The notes beneath the pieces are model-generated. The model worked only from the letters and a program-made list of their open reading frames with translations. It was not told the DNA's origin and did no database searches. A DNA stretch of 64,000 nucleotides from Trichosphaerium sp. ATCC 40318 (lineage: Eukaryota; Protista; Tubulinea). The DNA is taken from the NCBI GenBank assembly GCA_038496445.1, contig JALMLS010000208.1:62001-126000 (forward strand), read 5' to 3'. The position numbers and the translations under genes are program-made. Below are positions 24,895 to 38,632 of the stretch, in pieces (within the stretch, counting starts at the first letter, position 1; the number at the start of each line of letters is the position of its first letter).

Positions 24895-27209
24895 TTACCA
24901 GTTGTGCACCAGCCAATCGTGCATGTGTGCAACAACATCAGCGTATTTCGTATCATTTCCCAAGTTAATATTCTCGAAAGCATCAAAATCTGCTTCATTG
25001 TCACCCTTGTGATCATAAAGCTCGACACCATGAACCTTATCCCACAAAGGTTTTTTGGACGTATAATCAAATTCTACCCACTCAGTATAACGGTATTGAT
25101 CTGAGCGTATACTGCAACCCATCACGCCATTAGAAGTTGACCTAGAGAATCTACTGTTACACATATACTCAAAATACAACTCTGTAGAGTAGCACGTGCC
25201 TTTCGAACTGTGAGCGGGCATATTCAAAACTATGGGTGGTAGGATCTCTAATGAAAGGCATAAGGCTCTTTCCTTCCAAAGAAGCCATTTTAGGAAGTCC
25301 TAAACATAGTATCATTAACAGTTTGGCTTGTATTGACCAGTAATTGTACCAGCGGCATCAACCAAGGTTGGAAAAACATCGACTAGTTCTGCAAGAGCGT
25401 TCGTTTTCATGCCCTTTGTCTTTTGGTCCGGTACAGAAATCAGCAAGGGTACACGTGTGCCCAATTCAAAATTAGTGCATTTACCCCCTTTAGATAATAA
25501 ACTCGTTAATTGCAGAGAAAAAAACGAAAGTGCACATGTACATTCACCGTGTTCTCCGAGTTGGTAGCCATGGTCACCCCAAAACGCTATGATCGTGTTG
25601 TTAATAAGACCAGTTTGTTCGAGTGCATCAATGACACGACCCAATTGCGAATCCATAAACGTTACGGAAGCTACAAAAAAAGTTTATTTTACCAACCCTT
25701 AACAAAATACACGTACCATAGTAGGCTCGCCTTAGTTCATATTGTTTGTACTCAGGAATAGAATACCATCCGGCCTAAGTTATCATTTAGTTAGTGAAAT
25801 AACAGTGACAGCATGTTGCACGTGCATCCGTTTTATTCATAATGTTTGTTATATCGTCCATACCTAATGGATGAGTTTTATTCCTCCTCACACATTTTCG
25901 TACCTCCTATTTCTCCGTTGTGATAAAATGCATCATAAGGCATGCCAACTGGTGGAGTGCGATGTTTGGCAAGCACCGTATCTTTAACATTGTACATATC
26001 ATAATACTTTGAAGGGGCATACCAACTCAAATGTGGGCGCTACACCATGTCAGTTAACCAACCTACCGAAAGCTGTACCTTGAACCCTGCTGCCAGGAAA
26101 AAAGGTTTATTTTCTGGAAGGTTATTCTCATAGGATTTCAATCTCCTTACAATCTCATCTGCAACCAAGCCATCGGGATAACTTTAAGGATGAAGCAAGT
26201 TAACAAAAAGCAAAATACAAACCGTTTTGAATGCTTACCAATTCGCTGGACAATCGGCCTTGGCCCATGAAGGCTTACCTCCCAGAGAACCTGCAGCCTT
26301 TAAACAAGCCTATGCCCCAAAATGAGTAAAGTTTTCAAGAAATAGAGTTAAGTAACGTACAACGCACGCGTCGCTTTGGACACAACCAGTACCATTTGGC
26401 CATCCTTGCATCTTTGTACTTTGAACAGTGCCATTATAAAATTGATCACAATAAAAGTATGGCTCAGACCTATATCACGTGAGTATCACGTGAATACTAT
26501 CATCAAACGCGTTTTATTTTGTTGGAAAAACGAACCAAGAGTAAGGCATGTCTGCGCCTCCTTCTGAGGACGTGGGACCTCCACTTGACTTTCCAGGATG
26601 AAAAACTTTACCAGCACCTTGGAAAAATAAGAAGAAAAAAAATCAAATGGTACCACACCTGATGCGTAATATCCTTGCTCTTTGAAATATTGAGGTAACG
26701 TGACAACTGTGGAGCCATGTTGCATTGTGTCACGAAAGTAGGGCCCTTATTAAACTATCTAAGTGCTAGAGGGTAAAAAGGTACGTTTGTTGCGTACCTA
26801 TCTTCCATACGCCCGTCGAATCAGGGTACAGCCCAGTCTAAGGTAAAAGTTGTTTTGGCAGTTGATGTATTGGGTTCGTACGAGAAGAGATGTTCGCGAT
26901 GGGGAACATATTGCCACTTGGCAATACGCTCGGTTAAAAAGCATACCATGTTGTGCCAGTCTAAAATTGTAAGTGCATACGCAAGGTCACGTGATAGTTT
27001 ACCTTTCAAAATTGGGCGTTATGACTTGTTTTTGGCCGTATGATAGAAAGTCTACGTTAACGTTAACGTAGTAAGTGTTTTGTCTCCTTACCAGGCCTAA
27101 GGTCATCCACGGCTATCAGCAGTACATTTTGCTTTGTACTCGCAGCGAATACAACGAAAAGCAGGTTCGTCCAACAAAAAAGCACAACGGTGCTTCCAAA
27201 AACTTTCAT
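24895..27209 (-). CDS. IDS: Iduronate-2-sulfatase-like sulfatase
   Basis: Signal peptide, NVLLIAVDDLRP, CSPSRTSLL|TGLYPD (formylglycine motif), TLPQYFKEQGY, GKVFHPG, PFFLAAGF.RPHL, WGDHGYQLGEHG, LAELVDVFPTL, MGCSIRSDQYRYTEW. Confidence 0.92.
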
Positions 27210-27889
27210 GTTGGTTACTAAAGGCCAATATAGACTAACTAAATGTAGTTTTTGACTCTGTTCTGACTAAATCGTATAATAGTCCGCATAATGTAGCCTC
27301 AACCCACAAATAATCACGTGATTTTACAAGGAAAATTCTCCTTCAAATTCTTGCATTTCATTGAAAGGAAGTTGGCAATTGTACTGTTAGTTATAAAACT
27401 AAATAAAGGGCATAGAAGTCTGCATGCTTGATAGAGCATGCGAGCGACTAGCAACTCATAAAGTCAAGATATTGGGTTTCTCCTATCTGGCCTTGTGGTT
27501 AACTCTAGAGCTTATTTGTGAGAGCAAATGTAACAGGCATATGGGAGCACAAATCAGTGGTGTGACAATGGTCAATTAAGGGAACAAGGTAATGCTAAAT
27601 GGATGGCGAGTACAATTACTTTATAGCAATTGTCGGTGACTTTACATTCGCGCTTTTTAAGCACTTTGAGAAAGTTGAATCCTACGAATTACGTGGCTTT
27701 TCAGATCCAACAATTTCGATATTGTCGTGTCTTGTTGAGACTCAGGATGTGTTGATGTAGGAAAGGTAAGGAGAACATAAAACAACGAATTATTTGTTGT
27801 TGGTATTAAGTGCTACTGGAGTTAGTGTACAATTTCTAAGTTTCCAACATACAATGTTTTTGCCTCAAGATGTGTCATGCTATGCTCAA

Positions 27890-28200
27890 TCATTTATTTT
27901 TCCCATCAACATACATTGTTTTTTGCTCATGTTTCCCGTTTTCATTCCACTGACAGCATTCACCATCCAACTTTCCATCAACGCATGTTGTTTGATTCCA
28001 AAGTTGTCCTTTACGATACCACAGTTTAAATTCACCATTTTTCTTTCCATTAGTATGTACTTTGTGATATTGTACCATCGTCAGACCATGTCATGAATTC
28101 ACCATTCTGTTTGCCAGTAATAATTGTGTTTAACGTTACAGGCCACTTCCGATTCGTATTACACATGTGACTTTCTGATCGTACTTAATGTCTCCTCAAG
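27890..28200 (-). pseudogene. Fragment of a MORN-variant repeat gene
   Basis: NGKKNGEFKLWYRKGQL and DGKLDGECCQWNENG, with frameshifts and stops upstream. Confidence 0.75.
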
Positions 28201-28402
28201 GATACACTAATGGAGTGCTTGCTGAAAATAGTATGAGGGCTACCCATATTCACAACCCGTCCGAAAAACTACTAAATAAACCTTGTCTAGATAGCTTTTT
28301 GCCCTAAACAACCAAAAAAAAACAAACAATAAAAAAACCGTTACACTTACTTAACGGAAATGTCAAACAACTGTTCGTAAGAAATTGTAGCTCGCTTTCC
28401 TG

Positions 28403-29663
28403 ATGTCGCCAGTATTCATTTTCGCACTTGTGGCTATATTATCGGCTACATACACCGTGGGATATCCTACAGTTAAAAGACCACCTCAGTTTTCATTCAA
28501 AACAGTACCTGTGTTCGCGCACGTGACCAAAACGATACCTTTTAACGAAACAGATCTTGATTTTTTGGCAAAGTTTCAAATGGTGCAGTTTGGTAAAGCA
28601 CAAGGGACAAGTTTACCACTATCACAGGAGGAGCGATTCATCGCAGCTTCAAAGCAAATTAAAAACAAAAATCCAAAAATATTTACTCTTATGTACGTTC
28701 TCGAACTCAAAACTGTTTTTCCCTTACTATTTTCAGGTACTTCAATCCTATTATCAACTTCCCTGCCTTTTCTTTGTACAACAAGACTCATGGACGTACT
28801 GATTTACTTATTTCGTATCCGAACGGAAGCTTCGTTCCTTTTCCTCCTTCGCCTGGTATGACAGTCTTTGATTTGAGTAAACCCCAGATGCGTAAACTTA
28901 TCATTGATGATTGCATTGAAGGAATTAAAAGCGTAAGTACATTTTATCTTTTACTGATCACGTGATGTTTCGTTTTCTTTTTTTTTTTTTTCTTGTTGAT
29001 ACGAGTTTTTTTTGTAGAGCTTCGATGGTTGTTTCTTTGATAGAGCCGACTGGGCCAGACAAATGTACATCCTACATAAGGAAGCTAAAGGATGGACAAG
29101 GGATATGTTCATTAGCCTTGCTGAAGGAGGTGAAGCGCTTTTCAGAGAGGTTCAAGGGAACGCAAGTGAAGACTATATTATTTTGGCAAAGGAAAAAACG
29201 TTATTTGTACCAGAAGATTGGAAGTACGCAAATGCAATGATGTTGACGGATACATTCTGCAGTGAATACGGAAACGAAACAACCTACGACCCAGACCAAT
29301 GTGTGACGGATATTACAGCTGCGCAAGGTAACAGTAAAAGGTAAGTCAACACGAGAAAAAAAAAAGCTATTTGCTAATTCTTTGTTTCATAAGAAACCAA
29401 CTGACACAAATTCACAACATTGGATTAAGTCAGGAAGAATTTGAGTTTGGTCTAAGTTCATAGTCATCTCCTTGGGGAATGATATACTTTTAGGCCCAAG
29501 GGAAACGATTATCCTTGGAGAAAAGGTGTAGATGGCACAAGGAATATGACTATGAACTAGACAAACCAAATTCTTCCACTAAATCCAATGTTCCTTTGCT
29601 TCGGGTACAACTGTTTGGGTTGATGTTAAAAATCGCAAATCAACCATCACTTGGGGGAAATAA
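28403..29663 (+). CDS. Secreted putative glycoside hydrolase (GHL15-like TIM barrel)
   Basis: Signal peptide; PQFSFKTVPVFAH, FLAKFQMVQFGKAQG, IKNKNPKIFTLMY, VFDLSKPQMR, FDGCFFDR, LLGPRE...FASGTTVWVD. Confidence 0.65.
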
Positions 29664-30169
29664 AAGTGATGTTATCTTGTAGGTGTTTAATAAATACTTA
29701 CTCCCTTCATTTCAAATTATTCTTATAGGTGGAATTGAGTAACTAATCGACTCTTCAAAATGCGTCCTTGACTAAGTTGAAGTGAGTTACAAATAGTATT
29801 TTTAAACTAACAACATAAGTTGTATCTTGTGCAGTCTGATAAACAAAGAGTTAGCATCTCAGAATGAATAGATCCCATTCATGACATTAAAGGCAATCAC
29901 ATAATGAGTAAAGAAATGGCTATTGCGTTTAGGTTATTAAATTGCTGTACGCACTAGGATCCTATTGTACGCTGTTTTATATAAAATGTTCAGTTAAAAC
30001 TATGAGCAAACATCCTCAAGGGAACCCTTACCGGTTTGAAAGGTGGCACGGAAGAGATCACAAACGATTTTTGTCGAAGCTGTTCTAATAAAAGAAGGAT
30101 AACATCTGACTTTGTGATTGACCGCGTGGTCATTTTTATACTTTCTTTGTATAAAGTCACTTCTCTGGA

Positions 30170-32983
30170 TGAGCATGTGTCAGGTTGTAATGTTTGTTTT
30201 ATGTACATGATAACTAAACGAAAGCAATGGTATTCCATTTTGCCTAACGGTTCTCTTTAAAGTGTTTTGCATGTGTTCCTCAAGTGCGTTACCATGTAGT
30301 ACATACGTTAGTACTCGAGGATCTGATGACTCTGGAAACGGGAAAATACGTTCTCCCTTCTACAGCTTGGCGAAAGCGGTTTCGACAGTAGACGGAATGA
30401 ATAACACGTTTGTGGTTTGTATTGAAGGTAAGTTGAACCAGGATCTTTTTCGTATCAGCTGCTTTGATCCTAAGATATTTCTCTTGAGGCGGCGAATACA
30501 ATGACCTGCAGTATTATATCGAGGTGAATACGAGAGGTTTAGCTGTTTTTCGTGGTTTACAGACGGAATACTCTCAACTACCTTCTAATACTGAGAAGTG
30601 GTTTTTCAATGTTACTCATGGGTCGATTGAGTTTGATGGTACAAGTTTTTATTTCCAAAACGTTTGCAGCGCTTTTAATATGGTGCTGAGTTGCTCTCAA
30701 AGAGATCATGTACTCTTTTGAAAAAAACAGTTGAGGATTTGAGAAAGTGGAGATTCAAGTTTTAGAAAAATCACGTGACCAGATACCAGGGTTTTGTGTT
30801 CATAGATATGTTTTTCCTTTGCCTTCTTACTTTTTTTAAGGGCTATCAAGTGGACTGACAATCATGGCGGCTGAACGAATTATGATACACAACTGCGTAT
30901 TTATTAATCAATCGCGCACGTGTTTTGGGGTTTTTTTTGCTTATTTTCAAGTAAAGTCTGTTCCTCATATCAATTTTAATGCTGTATAGTATCATTGAGT
31001 GGAAGAAGTGCACTCGTTAAATATTCTTTATTCTATAATTCGTTTTTGGGCTTCACAGCTACAGAAGAAGTCTATGTAACGGATTATAACTGTATTGAAG
31101 CGCGCTTTTTGGTGAAAGGTTAGTAGAATTTTGTTTGGCACAAGGAATTGTTGACACCTTTTGTAGCACCTACAGTTAATTTCGAAGGGGTTAATGTATC
31201 TCAAATGAAAACCTACATGAGTATATACAGCGTTCACGCAACCTTCAATGCTTGCATTTTCAGTAACAACACATATTGTCTGTTTCATTCAAGTTTTGAG
31301 ACAGACTGACTTTTAGCAAAAAAAATCCAGTTTCTGCCCGATCTGTCAGATCTGACGGATTTGACACTTCTGACAGATCTTGCAAATTGTTATTTTTTTA
31401 AATGTGATCTACCCTCACGCCCGTCCAGTGAATCCAACCGTTTCAAACCACGTGATTTAAACCCCAGAGCAAACTTTTTTATTTACATATTTGACGCCTA
31501 GCGGCGTTTACAAAGCCTACAGCAAACGCTGGTGGGGTTTTGGGGTGGTTTTGACATTGTTACACCTTCATTGCTGCTTGGATGCTACCATAGCGCTTCT
31601 GTTAGTGGTAGGCGCTAGCGTAGCGCTAGTAAGTTATACACGTACGTTGATTTTTTGAAGCAAAACATACAACAAACAGTGTTTGAGCATTCATACCGTT
31701 TTGGCGGTAATGCGATAGCTTTGTAGGACATCACACCTTTTTAATTCGCTTTTAGCGCATTGAACACTTCTGTGGTTTGGTCGTACCGTGTACAGTTGGC
31801 GTAGGTAAAATACTGCGATCATCTTCCATGGTCTGTTGAAACTTACATTGAAAATTTTGCTATCACTTACCGTAAGGTACCTAAGTCATACAACATTGTA
31901 ACACAAATAGTTCACATTGTGATAGATCTACACCATTTGACAGAAGTGTCAGATCTTGCTAGATCTGCTAAAAGTGCTAAAAACTCACTTTCTAGAAAAT
32001 ATTAGTAAAACTTGAATGAAACATACAGTACGTACTTTTTTTTTGTTTACTGTATTTTCTGCTAACATAATTAATAGAGTGGTACTGGCATTATTGTAAT
32101 TAATGTCACAGACAAAAAACGTTATGATACAATAGAATATGGACTTAGTGTTAAAAATTGCACTTTCAAGAATACAAAAACACAATATGCTCGTTATAAA
32201 AAATCTCTTTATACAATAGGTGAAGTCATTCCTTATGTAAGGATTCTATCTTTTATCATTATCTGTTCATAAACCATAAATAGGATATTAGGGGGGATGT
32301 ATTTCACTATGATATCGAAGTTACTGGAAGTACTTTTCAAGATAAAGTTGTGGTTGTAAATGTAAGAAGAAGCTAATTAAGTTGTTACTTTTTGTAAAAG
32401 TTCGTTGAAGACGAGAGTTATTAATAGCATGTATTAATTACTTTATTTGTACAGGGGTCAGATTTTAATGCTCCACCTTTTAATATATGGAAGCCAAAGT
32501 CAAATTCAATCCATAGGGTATTCGCGAATAACAATGTTGATCAAGGCAAGCTTGCTACATCTTTTTTCTTCTGTACTTTTTTTGAAATGGTTGCAATCAA
32601 AGAGCTAATAGATATTATCGAACTCTACAAAAGCAACGTCATGTGATCTTTGCCCTCCTGGTAAATAGTTCGGTGAAATGAAAACATTCTTAGAATATTT
32701 AGATCAACATACTTGTGGTGATGGTATGGCAATGTGTACCTCATCACCTTGCCCAAAACCAAAATTTTACTGCCACGCTGAATGTAAGTGCTCCATTACA
32801 ATAACTACAATCATTTTGACACTATGTAGCTAAAGGCTGTGAGTTTTCTGTTGTTGTTGTCTATTTTGGTGGCTATGTAACGTTGTTTATGCTTGGTAAG
32901 TGCCTCCATTGCGCTCATCGTTTATATAATTGTTCTTCACAGTGATTTCTCTCAGAAAAAAGGCAGACAAACCATACCAATAA
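30170..32983 (+). pseudogene. Multi-exon beta-helix/polymorphic-membrane-protein-like gene interrupted by a MITE (start approximate)
   Basis: YVSTRGSDDSGNG.IRSPFYSLAKAV N-terminal motif, FxxN repeats (CIFSNN, CTFKN), Cys-rich and TM-like C-terminus. The reading frame is restored when 31276-32030 is removed. Confidence 0.6.
31276..32028. mobile_element. 753-bp non-autonomous DNA transposon (MITE) with TA target-site duplication, Tc1/mariner-like
   Basis: Left end TA|TTGTCTGTTTCATTCAAGTTTT and right end AAAACTTGAATGAAACATACAG|TA form 22-bp TIRs with 2 mismatches. Subterminal inverted AGATCT/GACACTTCTG repeats. No long ORF inside. Confidence 0.85.
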
Positions 32984-33455
32984 AATGCAACGAAGAGTTG
33001 CTTATTCTACAACATTAAACACTTCATTGTATACCTTAATGAACAAAGAATAAATAGCTGGCTGTTTAAAGTTGTAGTTTGTGCTAGCGTATAAGACCGT
33101 AGGAAATTACCATTTGACTTACTATTTTTAAACATTGGTATCAATATCTCGGAGATCCCGTTGTCCCATTCCAGTTCCTGACACTGCCATACCTACAATC
33201 TATTGGTTCGTTTTAGTTTCAATAAGGCACGTTTTCAAAATCCATATCACGTGACATTCTGAACTACCATCACACAAAGTACTCCACGTAATACATCGAT
33301 TTGCCAGTTTGATGCTAGTAGGGTTGCGTGCAAGTGCAAAAGTTCTCGAAACTAGTTTTAGCGTTAACAAAAAGTAAGGCAATACAGGATCGATTTTCTA
33401 TTCGCAACAAAGTTTGTCAACCTAAGTAATCAATCTCGTATTTTATGTCACATCA

Positions 33456-34603
33456 ATGAAGTTTTCAGGGTTTAAAAGGAAGCTCCAAGGTGATTATCTC
33501 CTCCAATACCTTATCAAAGAGCATGTTGAGCTTAGTGGAGATGTAAATAAACTCATTCGTACTCTGGACGCTGAAAACGCGTGTATGCGCATTAAAGGAG
33601 AAGAAATATGCTCAGATATCTGGAATACAATATTTATTCATTTAATCTACTCTGATCCTTCTGAATCTATCAATACTATAATCGTTGTATGTAAGAGATG
33701 GCAAGGAATAGTAGCAAACGTTAGTTTTTGGAAGAGAATGGTCAAATTTCATTGGAACTTTGAAATACACGACAAAGTACAAGATTGGCGTGATGTTATG
33801 TGTTATTTCCGTAAACGGCACAAATACGTTAAAAATTGTATACAAGAGGTCAAGGCAAGGGAGTATGGTTTTAATATTGTCACGTGGGAACAGCATCTTC
33901 AACATGATGACAATGACCAATTGTACTTTTTTTTTTTCCTTCTTTCTTTTTTTTTTCTTCGTTTTGACTTAACCCTCTTTTCCAACTCATTCACCGTTTT
34001 GTTGTGTTGATTAGCATTAATCTATTTATTCATATAATGTTGTTTATAGGTTCTATTATGAGTACCGAGCTGTTTTCTCACCACATTCTCTGGCAATACT
34101 TGTTGTTAAAAGCAATGTTGTCTATGATAAAGAGCTAGGAACTCTTTGTTATACAGAACATAAACTAGTACTAAAAACCTACATGAATAGTAACAAAAAG
34201 GTACCTACCATAATATAGAAATATTTTGGAAGGCTGTGAAACACGTGGGAATGTAAAAAACAGCAATACTTTACACTGCCAAAAAAACTGACACTGACTT
34301 TTTTCCACGAAGACTGAGTTTTTTATCCTTGACTATGAAGATATATTATGGAGTGATTGTGAAGAGTTCATTACCAAAGCCAGTCGTAATATGGGATATA
34401 CTACAAACAATTACAAAGACAAGATCAAATTCCTATCAATTGTATGTGGATATTTTAACAACCTTGAAGCATTTGAAAGACTTGGTGATGAGATTTATTC
34501 TGCAATTACTACAGAGCAACATAAGGAAAAATTTACTTTTCTTCATAATCTTTATGAAGAACATGCCATGGGTAGTTACGCAAAAATATGGTTGTTAAAC
34601 TAA
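33456..34603 (+). CDS. F-box-like protein, multi-exon
   Basis: ICSDIWNTIFIHL...IVVCKRWQGIVANVSFWK (F-box-like). C-terminal domain not recognised. Confidence 0.6.
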
Positions 34604-35016
34604 GTTTGTTGTGATAATAAATTATTGTGATTGGAACTGTTTTCATTGTGTTCAATGAGTATAAGAGAGAAACATCTAGGTATTCTCAAACACGTGGCAA
34701 AGCTGGGAGTTTAACAAAATATGTGGTACTAGTGATCTTAGGTGTAAAATAGGTGAAGGTGCTAAAGGTACTTATTGGTGTTCATAATAGGTGCAATTCT
34801 TACTTACTAAAGAAATAAGAATCAAAGCTTTAACTTTTTTTTATCTAGCAATGCAGATTGCAATATACAACAGGTATTATCATATCTAGAGTTGAATTAG
34901 AGCTAGAAGCGGCATCTATTTTACCCAGATTTTTTTAATTGTTATTTATTTATTGATCATGGCGCAAGTCTTGTATTGTTAATACATAAAGCAGACAAAG
35001 TTGAATGGAAAGGTTT

Positions 35017-37833
35017 TTACTTGGGTCTTAAAGTATACGGGTAAATGGCTTGTCTCAACTTGGGCACAAAGAAAGCGACAATAAGAGCAACAGCAATCTA
35101 CCATTAAGATTAATTGTTGTATGAAACAGAAGAAGAAAAAAGAACATACAAGAATAAGAATACCAAGTGTAACACCTAATACCACACCAACGTTTGTTCC
35201 TGTTCCATTGCCACAAGTATCAGATCTTGATGTAATCACAGTTACACTAAGTACAAACTTTAGAAATGTGTGGAGCGTTTGGATGTCTTTGGAACTGTAC
35301 GATGAAAATGTCCTCTCAAGCCTTGCTAATACACATTCTGGTGAAAGAAGTGTGAAAGTTCCATTGATACAGTTGCTATTGCTTCGTATTACTTCGCTTC
35401 TCTTTTCACCAATACTTGTTCTGTTATCACTTGTGAAGTCTATGATAAATGACGTATTTGATGGTATAACAATACATCCTAAAGCTTGGATAAATATTTG
35501 GAATCAGAGAATACAAAAGTTAGTACCTGCAACTTCAAGAAAGCCTCCTGGAGTAAGTGTAGCTGTCTTTGTGTTAACAAAGTCACCATCTATTGTCAAA
35601 GGAGTAGATATAAAGATTTCGTCTGGGGTACTACCAGCTGTGGGTAGGGTTGTAGTTGGCGGACGCAGTGTCGTCAATGGAGGCAGTGTTGTTGGTGGCA
35701 GTGAAGTTGGTGGAACTGACAATAGTAAGAAATAAAAATGTTTGTTTTTGGTATTACGTGTGCACGTGAACACATTTGATGCTAGTGATATAAAAGCAAT
35801 CTCAATCTTTCCACCAGTGTTTTCTGTAACAATCTAAAATGATAATCACAAATTACGGACTAAGGTACTTCTTTAGAAACGTACAATAATATGACAACTT
35901 TCTGGATCATGTATTGCTCTTACTCTATTTACAGTAGATCCACCATTTGTCAATAAAGTAAAATTAGGATTTATTCCACGAACACCCTGTTTAATACAAA
36001 CAGCCAAAGTTAGGAAAGACACGTGCTGCGTGAGGAGTTTACAAAATTTAAAGAAAAAAAAAGAAGTAAAAAAAAGAAAAAACATACCAATTCGACTAAC
36101 TCTACTCTTTGTTCTGTTGCGGAAATGATTACAAAATCTGATCTTCCTGGTACATATTGTGTACTTACAATATTGTGTAATTTCGGAGAGGTAGGTCTGT
36201 TACAACATGAAAAGGCAAAAAATCAAGATTGAAATTAAAGAAATCCATTGAAACGTTTGTTTTGTATCCCAGTAAAAGGCTCTCTGAGAAAGTGCTATAA
36301 GACAAATGTATTTCTTCAAAATCTCTTTTAAATAGTTCTTCAGCAAGTCCCTAGAGAATTAACTCAACACAGATAATGAAGAATTGTCGTTGAACAACAA
36401 TGAAAAGTAATAAAAACATTGTTGCTGTTCAGTTGTTTACAGTTTTCAACATCTTCAAGCTAAGCCACTAAATGGTAGTGTAGACCAACTGGTAAATTGA
36501 GTATATACGCACTTGTAAATTATTGCAGAAATATTGTAACAAAGCTTCTCCATCGGATATATACGCCTGAACAAAACACGTATCATTTATCTTTACAAAA
36601 GGAGGCATTCCTTCTAATTCATGTACTTGATCAACTTGATAATGTCGTGTAAGGTAAAACCTTGCAAAAAGGAGAACATACCAGTCAGGAGAGCAGAGAC
36701 ACCACTCTTTTTAACTTCATAAAAAGTAGTATCAAATGTACCATCAGTTGTATTTGAGGTGTAAACATTAACATGGAAGTAGTCGTAAACTGACAACAAA
36801 GTTAGATTCTTGAATTATAGATAGGTAAATCCATTACCTTGGTGTGCTATATACCCTTTGATAGTAAATTCAGGCGTACTTGATGTTATTGCAGTAGTGA
36901 TGGATTCGTCCAACATAAACCCCTTTTAAATGTTTGTCAAAAAGGTAGAAAAAAAAACATTTGTTTGTTCTTGGCAGTGTAAGTTCACAGATGTTTTATG
37001 GCGCATACAATTATAAAAAACTTCTGATCCTGAGAATACATACCGAAGAATCTGATGTAAAAGCAAGGTAGCTCACAGTGAGTACATTGTTTTTTATGTA
37101 AAAAACACTAATTCCAGAGTCGCTCGTAAATTGTGGCACGTGAGCAGATAATGCGTCAGGTATGAATATGGGTGGATAAGTTGTATTGAGAACACGTAAA
37201 TCTTATTGTATTAGAACAATGAAAAGAAGTTTGCTTCAAACTGTTTGTGGTTCAAAAAAAAAAGCAAAAAAAAAAACAAAACCTACCTTGAGGCTTAACA
37301 ATGTAAATACTTGATCCTGTTTGTGTCACGTTGTTACTGGTACGCTCTAAAACCATTAAAAACCCTGGTGAATAACAAACGGTTTGCAAAATGGGGTAGC
37401 ATCGCTTTTAAGACACGTGTCAGAAATTCCGAAATTTTTGAAAAAGAAACTGTCTCAAAAGCTTTGATGAGAACAAAATAAAAAACGCTCATTACACACT
37501 GGTTTTCAGTTTCAAAAAAAATACAGAGTAGACGCTTCACGCACGTGTATTTACAGAGAAAACATAAAACGTTGTGTCATTTAATACGCCACGCGTAATT
37601 TCTGGTCTGTCAAATGTAGCAGTAACACCAGGGAGTGAGGTGAAGCTTGTTGTATCAAGAAAAACATCTACAGTTGCTGAAACAACTCCAACAGGCACAG
37701 ACACTAACACGCATGTCAGGCAAGCACAAACACGTGAAAAGGTAATGATAACTATTATTGATAAGAATGGAAACGTACCATGTATGAGGCTTAAAGCAGC
37801 GAACAATATCCATCGTTTATTGAGGAAGAGCAT
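35017..37833 (-). CDS. Type I membrane/surface glycoprotein with a Pro/Thr-rich stalk
   Basis: Signal MLFLNKRWILFAALSLI; PPTSLPPTTLPPLTTLRPPTTTLP; TM NVGVVLGVTLGILIL|IAVALIVAFF; tail PKLRQAIYPYTLRPK*. Confidence 0.7.
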
Positions 37834-38632
37834 CAGAGATTTTCGACCTTTCTTTGAATGCGAATTGAAAAAAAAAAAGATGGTAGTCCGCGTCATTCAA
37901 GAAGTTTTGGTTTGTACTTATGGCAACAGTAGTGTCAGATCGATTATTATCTAGATGTGGCAATTTCTTCCAAAAGTCTTCAATACTGTATCACATCTTT
38001 CTGTGGAGATACATCTCATCGATAGAGCCTGTGAGATATGGCCTTTTGGTATTGAAATACACAGCAATGCGACAAGATTGATAAGATGGAACAACAAAGT
38101 GTAAAAGAGAGATCTATTCACATTAGTTATAGGTCGCTAAAAAGCGTTACATCTCGGACTCAAGGAGACTGTTGAGTCTCGCATCATTACTGCTAGCTGA
38201 ATATCTTCTCTTTCAGTGTATTGAAGCACATTGAACTTAGCTATATAACGAAGCACATTAAGGGGTTATCCTTTAAATACAACAAGTTTGCACATGGCAC
38301 TAATACCAGGCTGTAGTTTTGTAAAAAAAAAAAAAAAACCCATTTCCCAACATTTTCAGTCTCCAGACACTTGCACCTCTTTACGCTTGATTGACACTAC
38401 TAAATGTGATTAAAATAGTCGCATTGTATACACTTTTCACCAATGTATGATGCTTAGTAATTGTGTACTTCAATGGAGCTTCATCAAACATCCAAACTTG
38501 TTACTGCAAAAAAATTGTATTGAACCAGAAAGTATTTAGTTTTTTGTTCCTTTATGAGGTACGTATATACATGCTAACCATATTATGCAAAAAAAAGTAA
38601 AGATAAAACAGTATATCACATCTCAAACTGCT

